A stretch of DNA of 64,000 bases. Source: an uncultured Syntrophorhabdus sp. (GTDB lineage: Bacteria > Desulfobacterota > Syntrophorhabdia > Syntrophorhabdales > Syntrophorhabdaceae). The position numbers and the translations under genes were made by a program. Below are positions 28,160 to 38,041 of this stretch, one piece after another. Location: the NCBI GenBank assembly GCA_964513565.1, contig CAZENE010000002.1, forward strand, positions 63,894 through 127,893, in the 5' to 3' direction. The notes under the pieces were generated by a model. It had not been told where the DNA came from. It saw nothing but the letters and a program-made list of their open reading frames with translations, and ran no database searches. Numbering within the stretch: the first letter of the stretch is position 1; each line of letters starts with the position of its first letter.

Positions 28160-28936
28160 TTACTCTATCGTGAAGTCAAAATACGTATTGGGGAATGGTT
28201 CGGCCTTCAATGTAAAATGCCACCATTCAAGATCATAATTTACGAAGCCGTTTTTTTCCATCAGTGATTTCAGAAGAAGCCTGTTGATGCGCTGATGGCG
28301 AAGAATGTTCTTGTTTGCCGTATGCGCACGGGCATGAAAACAATCAAAGCCGGTTCCCATATCGATAGAACTGTCACCGAAGCGTTCCGACGCGGGAAGG
28401 AAGCAGGAAAAAAGTTCCTGCCCCCGTCGGTATTCCTCTTCGGCAGGGGCCGGGACAGGCACGATCGTGAGATCGACGGTGCTCCCGCGGGAATGCCCTG
28501 ACCGCCGGGCAATATATCCGTCCGAGAATAACCGGGATTTGTCGACGGTCGGGTAAAACTCTTGTTTCGCCTGCGTATCGGCAATATCCTGTGCCCACCG
28601 CACGAAATGATCTACGGCCCTTTGAGGCCGGTAACAGTCGTATACCTTGATCGACAGCGAAAAAGGCTTTAGGTCTGCTTGGACCCTTTTCAAGGCATCG
28701 GCCGCCTCTATTGTCAAGATACATTTCGGGGCGTTGTACCCGTCAATCCTTTCCCCGACGAAATTATGGGGGGTATAATACCGCATGTCCGTTTTTATGG
28801 AGGGAATATGCTTTTGAACATCAACAAAGCGACCCTCGACATCCTGTCCCGCCGGGGCGCCATAGGTTACGGAAAGTATCAGGAATGTCAGGAGGAGGGG
28901 AATACGTAAAAGAAACCGCAATATCTTCGATCTCAT
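28160..28936 (-). CDS. ddpX: Exported D-alanyl-D-alanine dipeptidase (peptidase M15D, VanX/DdpX family)
   Basis: Signal peptide MRSKILRFLLRIPLLLTFLILSVTYGAPA. SGHSRGSTVD (SxHxxGxAxD) and EWWHF zinc/catalytic motifs. Confidence 0.88.
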   Translation of the reverse strand: MRSKILRFLLRIPLLLTFLILSVTYGAPAGQDVEGRFVDVQKHIPSIKTDMRYYTPHNFVGERIDGYNAPKCILTIEAADALKRVQADLKPFSLSIKVYDCYRPQRAVDHFVRWAQDIADTQAKQEFYPTVDKSRLFSDGYIARRSGHSRGSTVDLTIVPVPAPAEEEYRRGQELFSCFLPASERFGDSSIDMGTGFDCFHARAHTANKNILRHQRINRLLLKSLMEKNGFVNYDLEWWHFTLKAEPFPNTYFDFTIE

Positions 28937-28959
28937 ATCCCGTACCCGGCTCGCGGATC

Positions 28960-30084
28960 TCAGGCTGCTTCGGGCGGCGATACGACGTGTGATGAAGAAA
29001 TGTTGCCCAGAAGCTCCTGCATCACTTCATGGACTGTTGTTATCCTGTTTATTCGATAGCCATTCACCCCGACGGTATAAAGGGGCTCCTCGACGTCAGT
29101 GTTGTATCCGCCTGAACTTAAAAGTCCGTTGCAGATGCAGAAGTAGCCTTCATTGTTATCCTGCGCCCTGCAGAGAGCGTACTTGCCTTCCCTGTTCCTA
29201 GTCATGATATAGCCCTTGTCGCAGCGGGGCTTTCTGCGGCGCGCAAGTGACGAAACGAACATGGGCGCATGCTTTATGACCATGAAGGGCAGGCCGCATG
29301 GCGAACCAGGTTTGTGCGATACGACTATGTCTCCGGGACCGGCGTCGACGACGGCCTGTTTGTATTCATCCGTGGCACTGCTTTCGCGAGTGACGAGAAA
29401 ACGGGTCCCCATCTGCACGCCATCGGCACCCATGGCAAGAAAACGTGTTATATCCTCATGATCGAATATTCCGCCCGCTACTATGACAGGCGCGTCACCA
29501 TGTTTTGACACGTACTCCTTGATGGGCGGAAAAAGATTTTCGAGTTTATTCGATTCGAGGCCAATCTCTTCGACCTTGAAACCAAGATGGCCTCCCGCGA
29601 GAGGGCCCTCGAGCACAATGGCGTCCGGCCGGTAGCCGAGCCGCTCCCATTTTTTGTAAATTATTTCAAGCGCCCTTAAGGACGATACGATCGGGACAAG
29701 CGCGGTTTCTCTGGGACTGGCAATGCCGGGTAGGGTCAGCGGCAATCCCCCGCCGGAGATGATCACGTCGATATTGGCATCGATGGCGGCCTTTACTGTC
29801 ACATCGTAATCACGCGCTATGGCGACCATGATATTGATGCCGGATACCCCGCCGCGTTCTCTTGAAAGGCAGACTTCCTCATATACGGCGTCATACGTCG
29901 TATATTTCCGGTTGTTTCTTTTGCTGAGCAGCCTGTCAAGGCACGCGCTCGATATAACACCTAGTCCGCCTTCCGAAGCGACTGCGCTTGCAAGCGGTGA
30001 AAGTGAAACACCAATACCCATGCCTCCCTGAATAATAGGCAGTTGTATTGGTTTTCCTTTAATGGTCAGTTTTGGCAATAACAT
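28960..30084 (-). CDS. NAD(P)H-dependent flavin oxidoreductase, nitronate monooxygenase / FabK-like
   Basis: PIIQGGMGIGVSLSPLASAVASEGGLGVIS N-terminus. TIM-barrel FMN motifs (GPLAGGH, VIVAGGI). Extra Cys-rich C-terminal segment. Confidence 0.85.
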   Translation of the reverse strand: MLLPKLTIKGKPIQLPIIQGGMGIGVSLSPLASAVASEGGLGVISSACLDRLLSKRNNRKYTTYDAVYEEVCLSRERGGVSGINIMVAIARDYDVTVKAAIDANIDVIISGGGLPLTLPGIASPRETALVPIVSSLRALEIIYKKWERLGYRPDAIVLEGPLAGGHLGFKVEEIGLESNKLENLFPPIKEYVSKHGDAPVIVAGGIFDHEDITRFLAMGADGVQMGTRFLVTRESSATDEYKQAVVDAGPGDIVVSHKPGSPCGLPFMVIKHAPMFVSSLARRRKPRCDKGYIMTRNREGKYALCRAQDNNEGYFCICNGLLSSGGYNTDVEEPLYTVGVNGYRINRITTVHEVMQELLGNISSSHVVSPPEAA

Positions 30085-30258
30085 GTTTTTATGCCGTGAA
30101 TCAGTTTATACAGGATTATTGGGTGCAAGACAGAAGAATAAAATGAAAACACGACAATGCATTATAACATGATTCATATATAATTACAAAAAATAATGGC
30201 TTTTGGGATCTACACACATCACCGGCTGCACGCTATTTTCTCTTTTATGAATTTCTTA

Positions 30259-30267
30259 TGATATAAT
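30259..30267 (+). promoter_or_regulatory. Extended -10 element (TGaTATAAT), possible short-leader promoter for the kinase gene
   Basis: TGATATAAT ends 17 nt before ATG 30285. No SD in between and no good -35. Confidence 0.3.
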
Positions 30268-30284
30268 CGTGCTCTGGACCTTTT

Positions 30285-31823
30285 ATGGAAAATGAGAATA
30301 AAGGACCATTCGACGGCCGCAGGGATGAGAAGGGGCTCCTCGCTGCCCTTGAACTGGCGGAGAAAGAGATACGCCGGCTGACCGAACTTGACCGGCAGCA
30401 TAAATTATTTCAGCAGGAGCTGGAAAAAAGAACATACGAGCTGAATGAACGCGTAAAAGAACTGAATTGCCTCTATACGATCTCCGCCATTGTCGAAAGA
30501 AAAGGTACCGTTCTTGACGAGATCCTCCAGAGAACCGTCGATATCATTCCCGACGCATGGCAGTATCCCGATGCGACAACAAGCCGGATCATCCTGAAGG
30601 GAAGGGTCTTTGTCAGCCCCGATTTCAACGAGGCTAAATGGAAGCAGTCACAGGATATTGTCGTGCACGGCAGGATAGCCGGGTCGCTCGAGGTTTTTTA
30701 TCGCGAAAAGAAGCCGGGAGCCGATGAAGGCCCATTTCTGAAAGAGGAAAGAACCCTGATAAACGTCATTGCCGAGCGCATAGGGCAGATAGTTGAGGCA
30801 AAATTCAGTGAAGACGCATTGAAGGAAAGCGAATTACAGAACAGGGCGCTTCTTGAGGCCATTCCCGATCTCATATTCCAGGTCGACAGCTCGGGCATTC
30901 TCCTTCATTTGCATGTCGGGAATTTTTCCGCACTCAAGAACCTTGCACAGGAATTTGTCGGGCGCAGCATTTACGATATCTCCGAGAAGGAAAAACTTCT
31001 CCCGCGCCGGCTCCTCGACCAGGTGATGGCCTACGTCAGACAATCCCTTTCCACCGGCAGGGCGCAGATTTACGAACAGCATCTGTCGCTCGGAGAAGAA
31101 GCAAGCGATTTTGAGGTAAGGATCGTCATGTCGGGGCCCAACAAAGGCCTCGGTATCATAAGGGACACAACACGGCGTAAAAGGCTGGAAAGGGAGATAC
31201 TCGAGATCAGCGGCAGGGAGCAGCGCAGGATAGGGCAGGACCTTCACGACAGCCTTTGCCAACATCTTGCCGGTATCGGATTTATGAGCAAGGTACTGGA
31301 GAGGAAGACAGCGACAAATCAGCCGATCAGGTCCGGGGATGTTCTTGAGATCGTGAAACTGATCGATCAGGCAATAACGCTGACACGCGGTTTCGCCCGG
31401 GGGCTCAACCCGGTACGGCTCGAGTCGGACGGGCTCATGATGGCGCTCATCGAACTTGCCTCGAATGTGGAGCGGCTTTTCGGGGTATCGTGCAGGTTTG
31501 AGTATGACAACCCGGTATTGCTAAGCGATGACGCCGTTGCTTCCCACGTATACCGTATTGCACAGGAGGCATTGAATAATGCCATAAAACATGGTAAGGC
31601 TGACTTTATAACCATAGCAATGAAGCAGGAAGCGGAAAATTGTGTTTTGACGATAACGGACAATGGGGTGGGTATCGGGAGTGCGCAAGGCCAGGGCAAA
31701 GGAATGGGTCTTAGTATTATGCAGTACCGCGCATCTATGATAGGCGCGGTCCTCGAGGTAACGGCGCCTGAGGTGGGAGGCACCCTCATTCGATGCCTTT
31801 TTCCGAACAGGGTTTCCCGATGA
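30285..31823 (+). CDS. Cytoplasmic sensor histidine kinase (coiled coil + sensory/PAS-like domains + HisKA_3 + HATPase_c)
   Basis: No TM. H-box GQDLHDSLCQHLAGI. EALNNAIKHG, DNGVGI and GKGMGLSIM boxes. Confidence 0.88.
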   Translation: MENENKGPFDGRRDEKGLLAALELAEKEIRRLTELDRQHKLFQQELEKRTYELNERVKELNCLYTISAIVERKGTVLDEILQRTVDIIPDAWQYPDATTSRIILKGRVFVSPDFNEAKWKQSQDIVVHGRIAGSLEVFYREKKPGADEGPFLKEERTLINVIAERIGQIVEAKFSEDALKESELQNRALLEAIPDLIFQVDSSGILLHLHVGNFSALKNLAQEFVGRSIYDISEKEKLLPRRLLDQVMAYVRQSLSTGRAQIYEQHLSLGEEASDFEVRIVMSGPNKGLGIIRDTTRRKRLEREILEISGREQRRIGQDLHDSLCQHLAGIGFMSKVLERKTATNQPIRSGDVLEIVKLIDQAITLTRGFARGLNPVRLESDGLMMALIELASNVERLFGVSCRFEYDNPVLLSDDAVASHVYRIAQEALNNAIKHGKADFITIAMKQEAENCVLTITDNGVGIGSAQGQGKGMGLSIMQYRASMIGAVLEVTAPEVGGTLIRCLFPNRVSR

Positions 31824-31850
31824 CGTCTCAAGCCCATTGCGGAGGATATC

Positions 31851-32504
31851 TTGGTAAAAAGAAAGATACTTATAGTCGACGATCATCCTATATTGCGGAA
31901 AGGTCTTGCGCTCCTTATTAATCAAGAGCCGGACCTTGTCGTATCGGCAGAGGCGGAAAATGCACAGATGGCGTTGGAATCTATAGACAAAAACCGGCCC
32001 GACATGGCTATAGTCGACATTTCGCTTCCCGGTATCGACGGTATCGAACTGATAAAAGAATTAAAAACGCGCCACAAGGACATACCGGTTCTCGTTGTAT
32101 CCATGCACGACGAAACATTGTATGCGGAGCGGTCCCTTCGGGCAGGGGCGCGCGGCTATATCATGAAACAGGAAGCGCTCGACAAGGTCCTCATCGCGAT
32201 ACGCAAGGTATTGGAGGGGGCGATATTTGTCAGCGAGCGGATCACGACAAAAATGCTCGAAAAGTTCGTGTCCTTCGAAGGGGTCAGCCAGGCGACCTCA
32301 CCCCTTGACCTCTTGAGCAACCGCGAATTGACAGTTTTCAGGCTGATAGGCCAGGGTCACAAGACCCGCCAAATAGCGGAAAGACTTCACCTGAGCGTAA
32401 AGACAGTCGAGTCATACAGGGCCCATATCAAAGATAAATTGAAGCTGAGCGACGGTACGGACCTTCTTAAATATGCTATTCAATGGGTCCAGAGCGGACA
32501 CTAA
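31851..32504 (+). CDS. NarL/FixJ-family response regulator
   Basis: TTG start. ILIVDDHPILR, VDISLPGIDG. HTH LSNRELTVFRLIGQGHKTRQIAERLHLSVKTVESYR. Confidence 0.9.
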   Translation: MVKRKILIVDDHPILRKGLALLINQEPDLVVSAEAENAQMALESIDKNRPDMAIVDISLPGIDGIELIKELKTRHKDIPVLVVSMHDETLYAERSLRAGARGYIMKQEALDKVLIAIRKVLEGAIFVSERITTKMLEKFVSFEGVSQATSPLDLLSNRELTVFRLIGQGHKTRQIAERLHLSVKTVESYRAHIKDKLKLSDGTDLLKYAIQWVQSGH

Positions 32505-32595
32505 AAGACAGGAATGGGCCATAGGCACCAGGCATCTTAATTAGCAGCTCCCATTTTTTTGTACCCATCGCCTATAGCCCCTATTATTAGCTATT

Positions 32596-32625
32596 TTGAC
32601 TACCAATAGGGTAATCCCTTATAAT
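32596..32625 (+). promoter_or_regulatory. Sigma-70 type promoter upstream of gdhA
   Basis: TTGACT-N18-TATAAT, about 135 nt upstream of ATG 32761. Confidence 0.5.
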
Positions 32626-32724
32626 GTAAATAGGGTTTAACCTGATATCAAAAACATGGAATCCCCTATTGAAAAAGATGTGTTTATCGGGTTTTATATC
32701 CTAGTTTTGTCTCATATGTCTTAA

Positions 32725-34119
<1,395 letters not shown>

Positions 34120-34144
34120 AGGTAATGGGCTAAAGGCTAACGGG

Positions 34145-34188
34145 AAAAAACGGAAGGAATGGGCGTGGGTCCATTCCTTCCGTTTTTT
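34145..34188. terminator. Bidirectional rho-independent terminator
   Basis: AAAAAA-CGGAAGGAATGG-gcgtgggt-CCATTCCTTCCG-TTTTTT between convergent gdhA and the CMD gene. Confidence 0.85.
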
Positions 34189-34197
34189 CGGGGTGGG

Positions 34198-34641
34198 TTA
34201 TGTATTGGTTTCTTTGAATTTTTCCCATTCGCCGCGGCCTTTGAGAACTTCTTTATATACTTCGAGTGCCTTGTTGACGAGGGGCATACCGCCGTAAGGG
34301 GCAAGCTGGAAGAAGACCTCGGCGAGCTTTTTCGGGTCGCAGCCGACATTTAAGGCCGCATTCACGTGGAGCTTAAGCTCATCGGCGGCCCCCAGGGCTG
34401 CAAGCATAGCGCAGGCGGCCATCTGGCGTTCCGGCAGGGTCAGTACGGTGCGCGAGTAGAGATTGCCGGTTATGAACATTGAAAGGTCATTGGCCAGGTC
34501 TTTATCGAACTCTTTCCACGTGAGGTATGGAGGATCAAGCTTTATGCCGCCCGTCCAGAGTTTTCTTGCAGTTTCCTGTGTTCTTTTCTTTATTTCGTCA
34601 TCCACCGTGTCCCTCCGTTTTTTGAAGTTTGTATCACGCAT
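34198..34641 (-). CDS. Carboxymuconolactone decarboxylase (AhpD-like) family protein
   Basis: LPERQMAACAMLAALGAADELKLHVNAALNVGCDPKKLAEVFFQLAPYGGMP, typical of the CMD fold. Confidence 0.8.
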   Translation of the reverse strand: MRDTNFKKRRDTVDDEIKKRTQETARKLWTGGIKLDPPYLTWKEFDKDLANDLSMFITGNLYSRTVLTLPERQMAACAMLAALGAADELKLHVNAALNVGCDPKKLAEVFFQLAPYGGMPLVNKALEVYKEVLKGRGEWEKFKETNT

Positions 34642-34756
34642 CTTTTGCCGGCGTCAAGGGTAGAAAATCTCCGGGCAAAGTGATACTATTTAGCCGCGGA
34701 CTGCGAAAAAGCGGTCAAAGGCGCGAAGCACCAAAGTGAACCTTATGGAGGCCAGA

Positions 34757-35341
34757 ATGAATCGATCGTTGTTTTACGGGATCCTTGTCTTGATGGTTCT
34801 CATGCTGTCCGGATGCGGCTACAATACTATCCAGGAGAGAGATGAAGCCGTCAAGGCCGCGTGGGGTGATGTAGAGGCGTCATACCAGAGACGCAATGAC
34901 CTCGTGCCGAACCTTGTCGAGACCGTCAAGGCATACGCGAAGCATGAAAGCGAGACATTTCAGGCCGTGACAGAGGCCCGCGCCAAAGTGGGATCAGTGC
35001 AGGTATCGAAGGATGCCCTCAATAATCCGCAGGCAATGGCCCAATTCGAGCAAGCGCAGGCGAATATGTCCGGGGCGCTTTCCCGACTGCTTCTCATTGC
35101 GGAGAGTTATCCGGATTTGAAGGCAAATCAGAACTTCAGGGACCTACAGAACCAGCTGGAAGGCACGGAAAACCGCATAAATGTAGCGAGAGTCAGGTAT
35201 AATAGGGCGGTGCAGGATTTCAATACCACGATACGGGTATTTCCCAACAACCTGACGAACATGTTCTTGACAAAGCTTCCCCAGAGAGAGCCTTTCAAGG
35301 CTGATACCGGTGCTGAAAAAGCTCCTAAGGTCGCATTTTAG
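34757..35341 (+). CDS. lemA: LemA family protein
   Basis: ATG 34757 after GGAGG. N-terminal anchor ending LSGCGYN. IQERDEAVKAAWGDVEASYQRRNDLVPNLVETVK and RYNRAVQDFN motifs. Confidence 0.9.
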   Translation: MNRSLFYGILVLMVLMLSGCGYNTIQERDEAVKAAWGDVEASYQRRNDLVPNLVETVKAYAKHESETFQAVTEARAKVGSVQVSKDALNNPQAMAQFEQAQANMSGALSRLLLIAESYPDLKANQNFRDLQNQLEGTENRINVARVRYNRAVQDFNTTIRVFPNNLTNMFLTKLPQREPFKADTGAEKAPKVAF

Positions 35342-35390
35342 GAACTGTTTTGAGCGCAATGGAGCATATGACTTTTAAGGAACGGTCAAT

Positions 35391-36272
35391 ATGAGAGGGA
35401 ATTGGCATTACCTGTGCTTGATCCTCCCGTTCATCGTATGCGCCGCCGTCCTGGCGTCGGCTTCCGCATCATTTGCCCTTGACGTACCTCCTTTGAAGGG
35501 CTGGGTGAACGATTATGCGAACATGATATCACCCCAAGTACGATCCCAGCTCGAGGCTGAACTAAAGAATTTCGAGCAATCGGATTCAACCCAGATAGTG
35601 ATCCTGACGATTAATTCGCTCGAAGGGGATTCGCTTGAAGATTTTTCGATGAGGGTTGCCGAAACCTGGAAGATCGGGCAAAAGGGCAAGGACAATGGAG
35701 CGATCCTCCTTGTTTCCAAGAATGACCGCAAGACACGGATCGAGGTCGGACGGGGATTGGAAGGTAAACTAACTGATCTTGTGGCGGGCAGGATCGTCCA
35801 GCTCGTCATTAATACGCAGTTCAAGCGCGGAGATTTCGACGGCGGTTTTCAGGCGGGGGTCCGAGCAATGATAGACGCGACACGGGGGGAGTTCAAAGCG
35901 GATAAGGCAACACCCCGCCCGATCAGGAACCGGGGCGTTTCGTCGGTATTTCCCTTTCTGATCTTCGGTGCCATCTTTCTTCTCATACTCGGAAGGATCT
36001 CCCGTTTTCTTGGTGCGGGGGCCGGTTTTACAGGCTTTGTCTTCCTTGGCTTAATATTGGGATTTTCCTTTTTAACTGCTATTTTCCTCGGTATCTTCGG
36101 CCTCATCCTGGGTGTAATTCTGCCGTTTTTATTTGGAGGGCCTTTCAGGGGAGGGGGGGGGACCGGAGGCTTTCCGTTGGGCGGCTTTGGCGGCGGCGGT
36201 TTCAGCAGCGGCGGTGGTTTCAGCAGCGGCGGCGGAGATTTCGGTGGCGGCGGGGCGTCGGGGGACTGGTAA
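35391..36272 (+). CDS. TPM-domain (YgcG-like) membrane protein with Gly-rich tail
   Basis: Signal peptide. PLKGWVNDYANMISP...QIVILTINSLEGDSLEDF TPM core. TM helices. GGGFSSGGGFSSGGG tail. Confidence 0.85.
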   Translation: MRGNWHYLCLILPFIVCAAVLASASASFALDVPPLKGWVNDYANMISPQVRSQLEAELKNFEQSDSTQIVILTINSLEGDSLEDFSMRVAETWKIGQKGKDNGAILLVSKNDRKTRIEVGRGLEGKLTDLVAGRIVQLVINTQFKRGDFDGGFQAGVRAMIDATRGEFKADKATPRPIRNRGVSSVFPFLIFGAIFLLILGRISRFLGAGAGFTGFVFLGLILGFSFLTAIFLGIFGLILGVILPFLFGGPFRGGGGTGGFPLGGFGGGGFSSGGGFSSGGGDFGGGGASGDW

Positions 36273-36919
36273 TGAACAAGGCCTTGCATTTTTTCAATAC
36301 TGCGGAGAAGGAAAAGATCAAAGAGGCGACGCGTGCGGCCGAGGCGAAAACAATAGGTGAGATAGCCGTCATGATCGTCGATTCCAGTACCCGTTATCGC
36401 GAAGGCGAAGTTCTCGGCGCAATTACGCTGGGAAATGTTCTCGCATTCCTTGTCACGATTTTCTTCCTTCATGAGTCGTTGTGGTGGTATATCCCGCTTA
36501 CCCTGGGTTTTTTTATACCGTCATGGCTCATTGTTCAGAAAACACCGGCTTTCGCCCTTTATTTTGCGGGTACAAAACGTCGGCAGATCGCGGTGCGTGA
36601 CAGGGCCATACGGGCCTTTTACGAAAAAGGACTCCATAGGACAAGGGGTAAAACAGGCATACTGTTTTTTATTTCCCTGCTCGAAAGAAAGGTGTGGGTG
36701 CTCGCCGATAAAGGGATCCATGAAAAGATTAGCCAGGAAAAACTGAATGCCTTCGCAAAAACGGTTTCGACCGGCATTCACGGCGGGGATGCGGCCAACG
36801 CCCTTGCAAAGGCAATACACGAAGCCGGAGAGCTGCTGCATCAGCATTTTCCCGTTGGGGATGGTGATATCAACGAATTGTCCGATGCCCTGATCTTTGG
36901 CGGCGGCGAAGAACGGTAG
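36272..36919 (+). CDS. TPM-domain protein (second member of the LemA-TPM-TPM triad)
   Basis: TAATG overlap. EKEKIKEATRAAEAKTIGEIAVMIV, 2 TM, GILFFISLLERKVWVLAD. Confidence 0.8.
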   Translation: MNKALHFFNTAEKEKIKEATRAAEAKTIGEIAVMIVDSSTRYREGEVLGAITLGNVLAFLVTIFFLHESLWWYIPLTLGFFIPSWLIVQKTPAFALYFAGTKRRQIAVRDRAIRAFYEKGLHRTRGKTGILFFISLLERKVWVLADKGIHEKISQEKLNAFAKTVSTGIHGGDAANALAKAIHEAGELLHQHFPVGDGDINELSDALIFGGGEER

Positions 36920-36973
36920 CCGGGTCTCGCATCGCATCGATAACCGTATTATATTTAATGGGGCAGCATTATA

Positions 36974-37654
36974 ATGGACAGTACAAATGTGATCTACCTC
37001 CGTGCGACGGATACAATAGACTGCGATAACACGGATATCCGGGACAAAACAACGGAGCTTACGCGCCGTTGCCGGTCTGACCGGGAAAAAGCCGAGGAGC
37101 TCTTCTACTTTGTTCGTGACGGGATCCATTATAATTTCTATATGCTTTCGACATTCCTGGAAGATTTCAGGGCGGGACTTGTTCTTTCGAGAAAGAAAGG
37201 ATATTGTGTACAAAAAGCTATTCTGCTGGCTGCGCTCCTGCGGGCGGCCGATATCCCGTCCCGGCTTGCATTTGCAAGCATACGCAATCACAGGATGCCC
37301 GGAGAGTTAAGAGCCCAAACCGGGATAGATGAATTGCCTAGCCACGGCTATACTCAACTTTTTTTACACGGTAAATGGATAAGCGTTACACCGGCCTTCG
37401 ACAAAAGGCTATGCGAAGGACTCAACGTTCCTTGCTGTGATTTTGACGGCGAAAACGATGCGTTTTTGTCCGCGACCGATCTGTCTGGTAACCCGTATAT
37501 TGAATACTTGGAAAAATATGAACCCGAGGCCGATCTGCCATTCCCATGGCTTTATGGACGGTTGTTCCCCATATGGGGGGATAAGCGCTCTTGGATCAAC
37601 GAGGGCGATTCGAGAGGCCACGTAATGCCTTTGTCGGGATACCGCTTCAAATGA
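36974..37654 (+). CDS. Transglutaminase-like (papain-fold Cys) domain protein
   Basis: KKGYCVQKAILLAALLRAADIPSRL catalytic-Cys region, with downstream H (SHGYTQL) and D. Confidence 0.8.
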   Translation: MDSTNVIYLRATDTIDCDNTDIRDKTTELTRRCRSDREKAEELFYFVRDGIHYNFYMLSTFLEDFRAGLVLSRKKGYCVQKAILLAALLRAADIPSRLAFASIRNHRMPGELRAQTGIDELPSHGYTQLFLHGKWISVTPAFDKRLCEGLNVPCCDFDGENDAFLSATDLSGNPYIEYLEKYEPEADLPFPWLYGRLFPIWGDKRSWINEGDSRGHVMPLSGYRFK

Positions 37655-37896
37655 ATGAAAAGCCCGCGAAACCGGAGCATGGTTACTGCATAGGCTGTGA
37701 AAATAAACATGGCTGTAAATCGAGGACCCCGCCCTGCATAAACGAAATGGAAAGGGATAAGGTCAATTCGGATTCTGGAAAGCAATACCTGAGATCGAAG
37801 AACAAACTTCATCTATGCCGTGATTGCCCCTTCCTACGGTCATGCTGGACCATGACCGACTACCAGCGCGAGTGCGGCGCCCGGAAACCGGCGTAA
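37651..37896 (+). CDS. Small (81 aa) Cys-rich protein, unknown function
   Basis: ATGA start/stop overlap with the transglutaminase-like gene. Duplicated Cys pattern CX2CX5CX6C ... CX2CX5CX9C. No homology recognised. Confidence 0.45.
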   Translation: MNEKPAKPEHGYCIGCENKHGCKSRTPPCINEMERDKVNSDSGKQYLRSKNKLHLCRDCPFLRSCWTMTDYQRECGARKPA

Positions 37897-37942
37897 AATG
37901 TAAAACGTAAGGCGTAAAAAATGGTCCGCGAAATTACTTCCG

Positions 37943-37980
37943 AAAAAAGCAGGGAGCAAGAATGTTTTCCTCGCTCCCTG
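37943..37980 (-). terminator. Rho-independent terminator of the MCP gene
   Basis: The minus strand reads CAGGGAGC-loop-GCTCCCTG followed by CTTTTTT. Confidence 0.7.
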
Positions 37981-38041
37981 TCACCAGAGACCTATTTAGT
38001 GAGTTTTAACTCGTTGCGCTTTCACGCCTTACGGTCCTTCA

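Noticed and set aside
35849-37291. Minus-strand ORFs 35849-36472 (207 aa, poly-Pro/Lys) and 36521-37291 (256 aa)
   Set aside because: The first is the complement of the Gly-rich tail (GGN read as NCC gives Pro). The second lies opposite TPM and transglutaminase-like genes that have clear family motifs.
37901-38035. Recurring TTACGCCTTACG-like motif: CGTAAGGCGT at ~37903 (+), its complement at ~38024 and ~53746, and a 9/10 copy at ~42652, all intergenic. The first two form an inverted repeat about 110 bp apart.
   Set aside because: A rough expectation shows that hundreds of 10-mers should occur three times by chance in 2 x 64 kb. Several 10-bp inverted repeats within 150 bp are also expected. 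There is no extended flanking similarity, so I do not call it a REP/MITE element. A genome-wide count would be needed to revive the idea.
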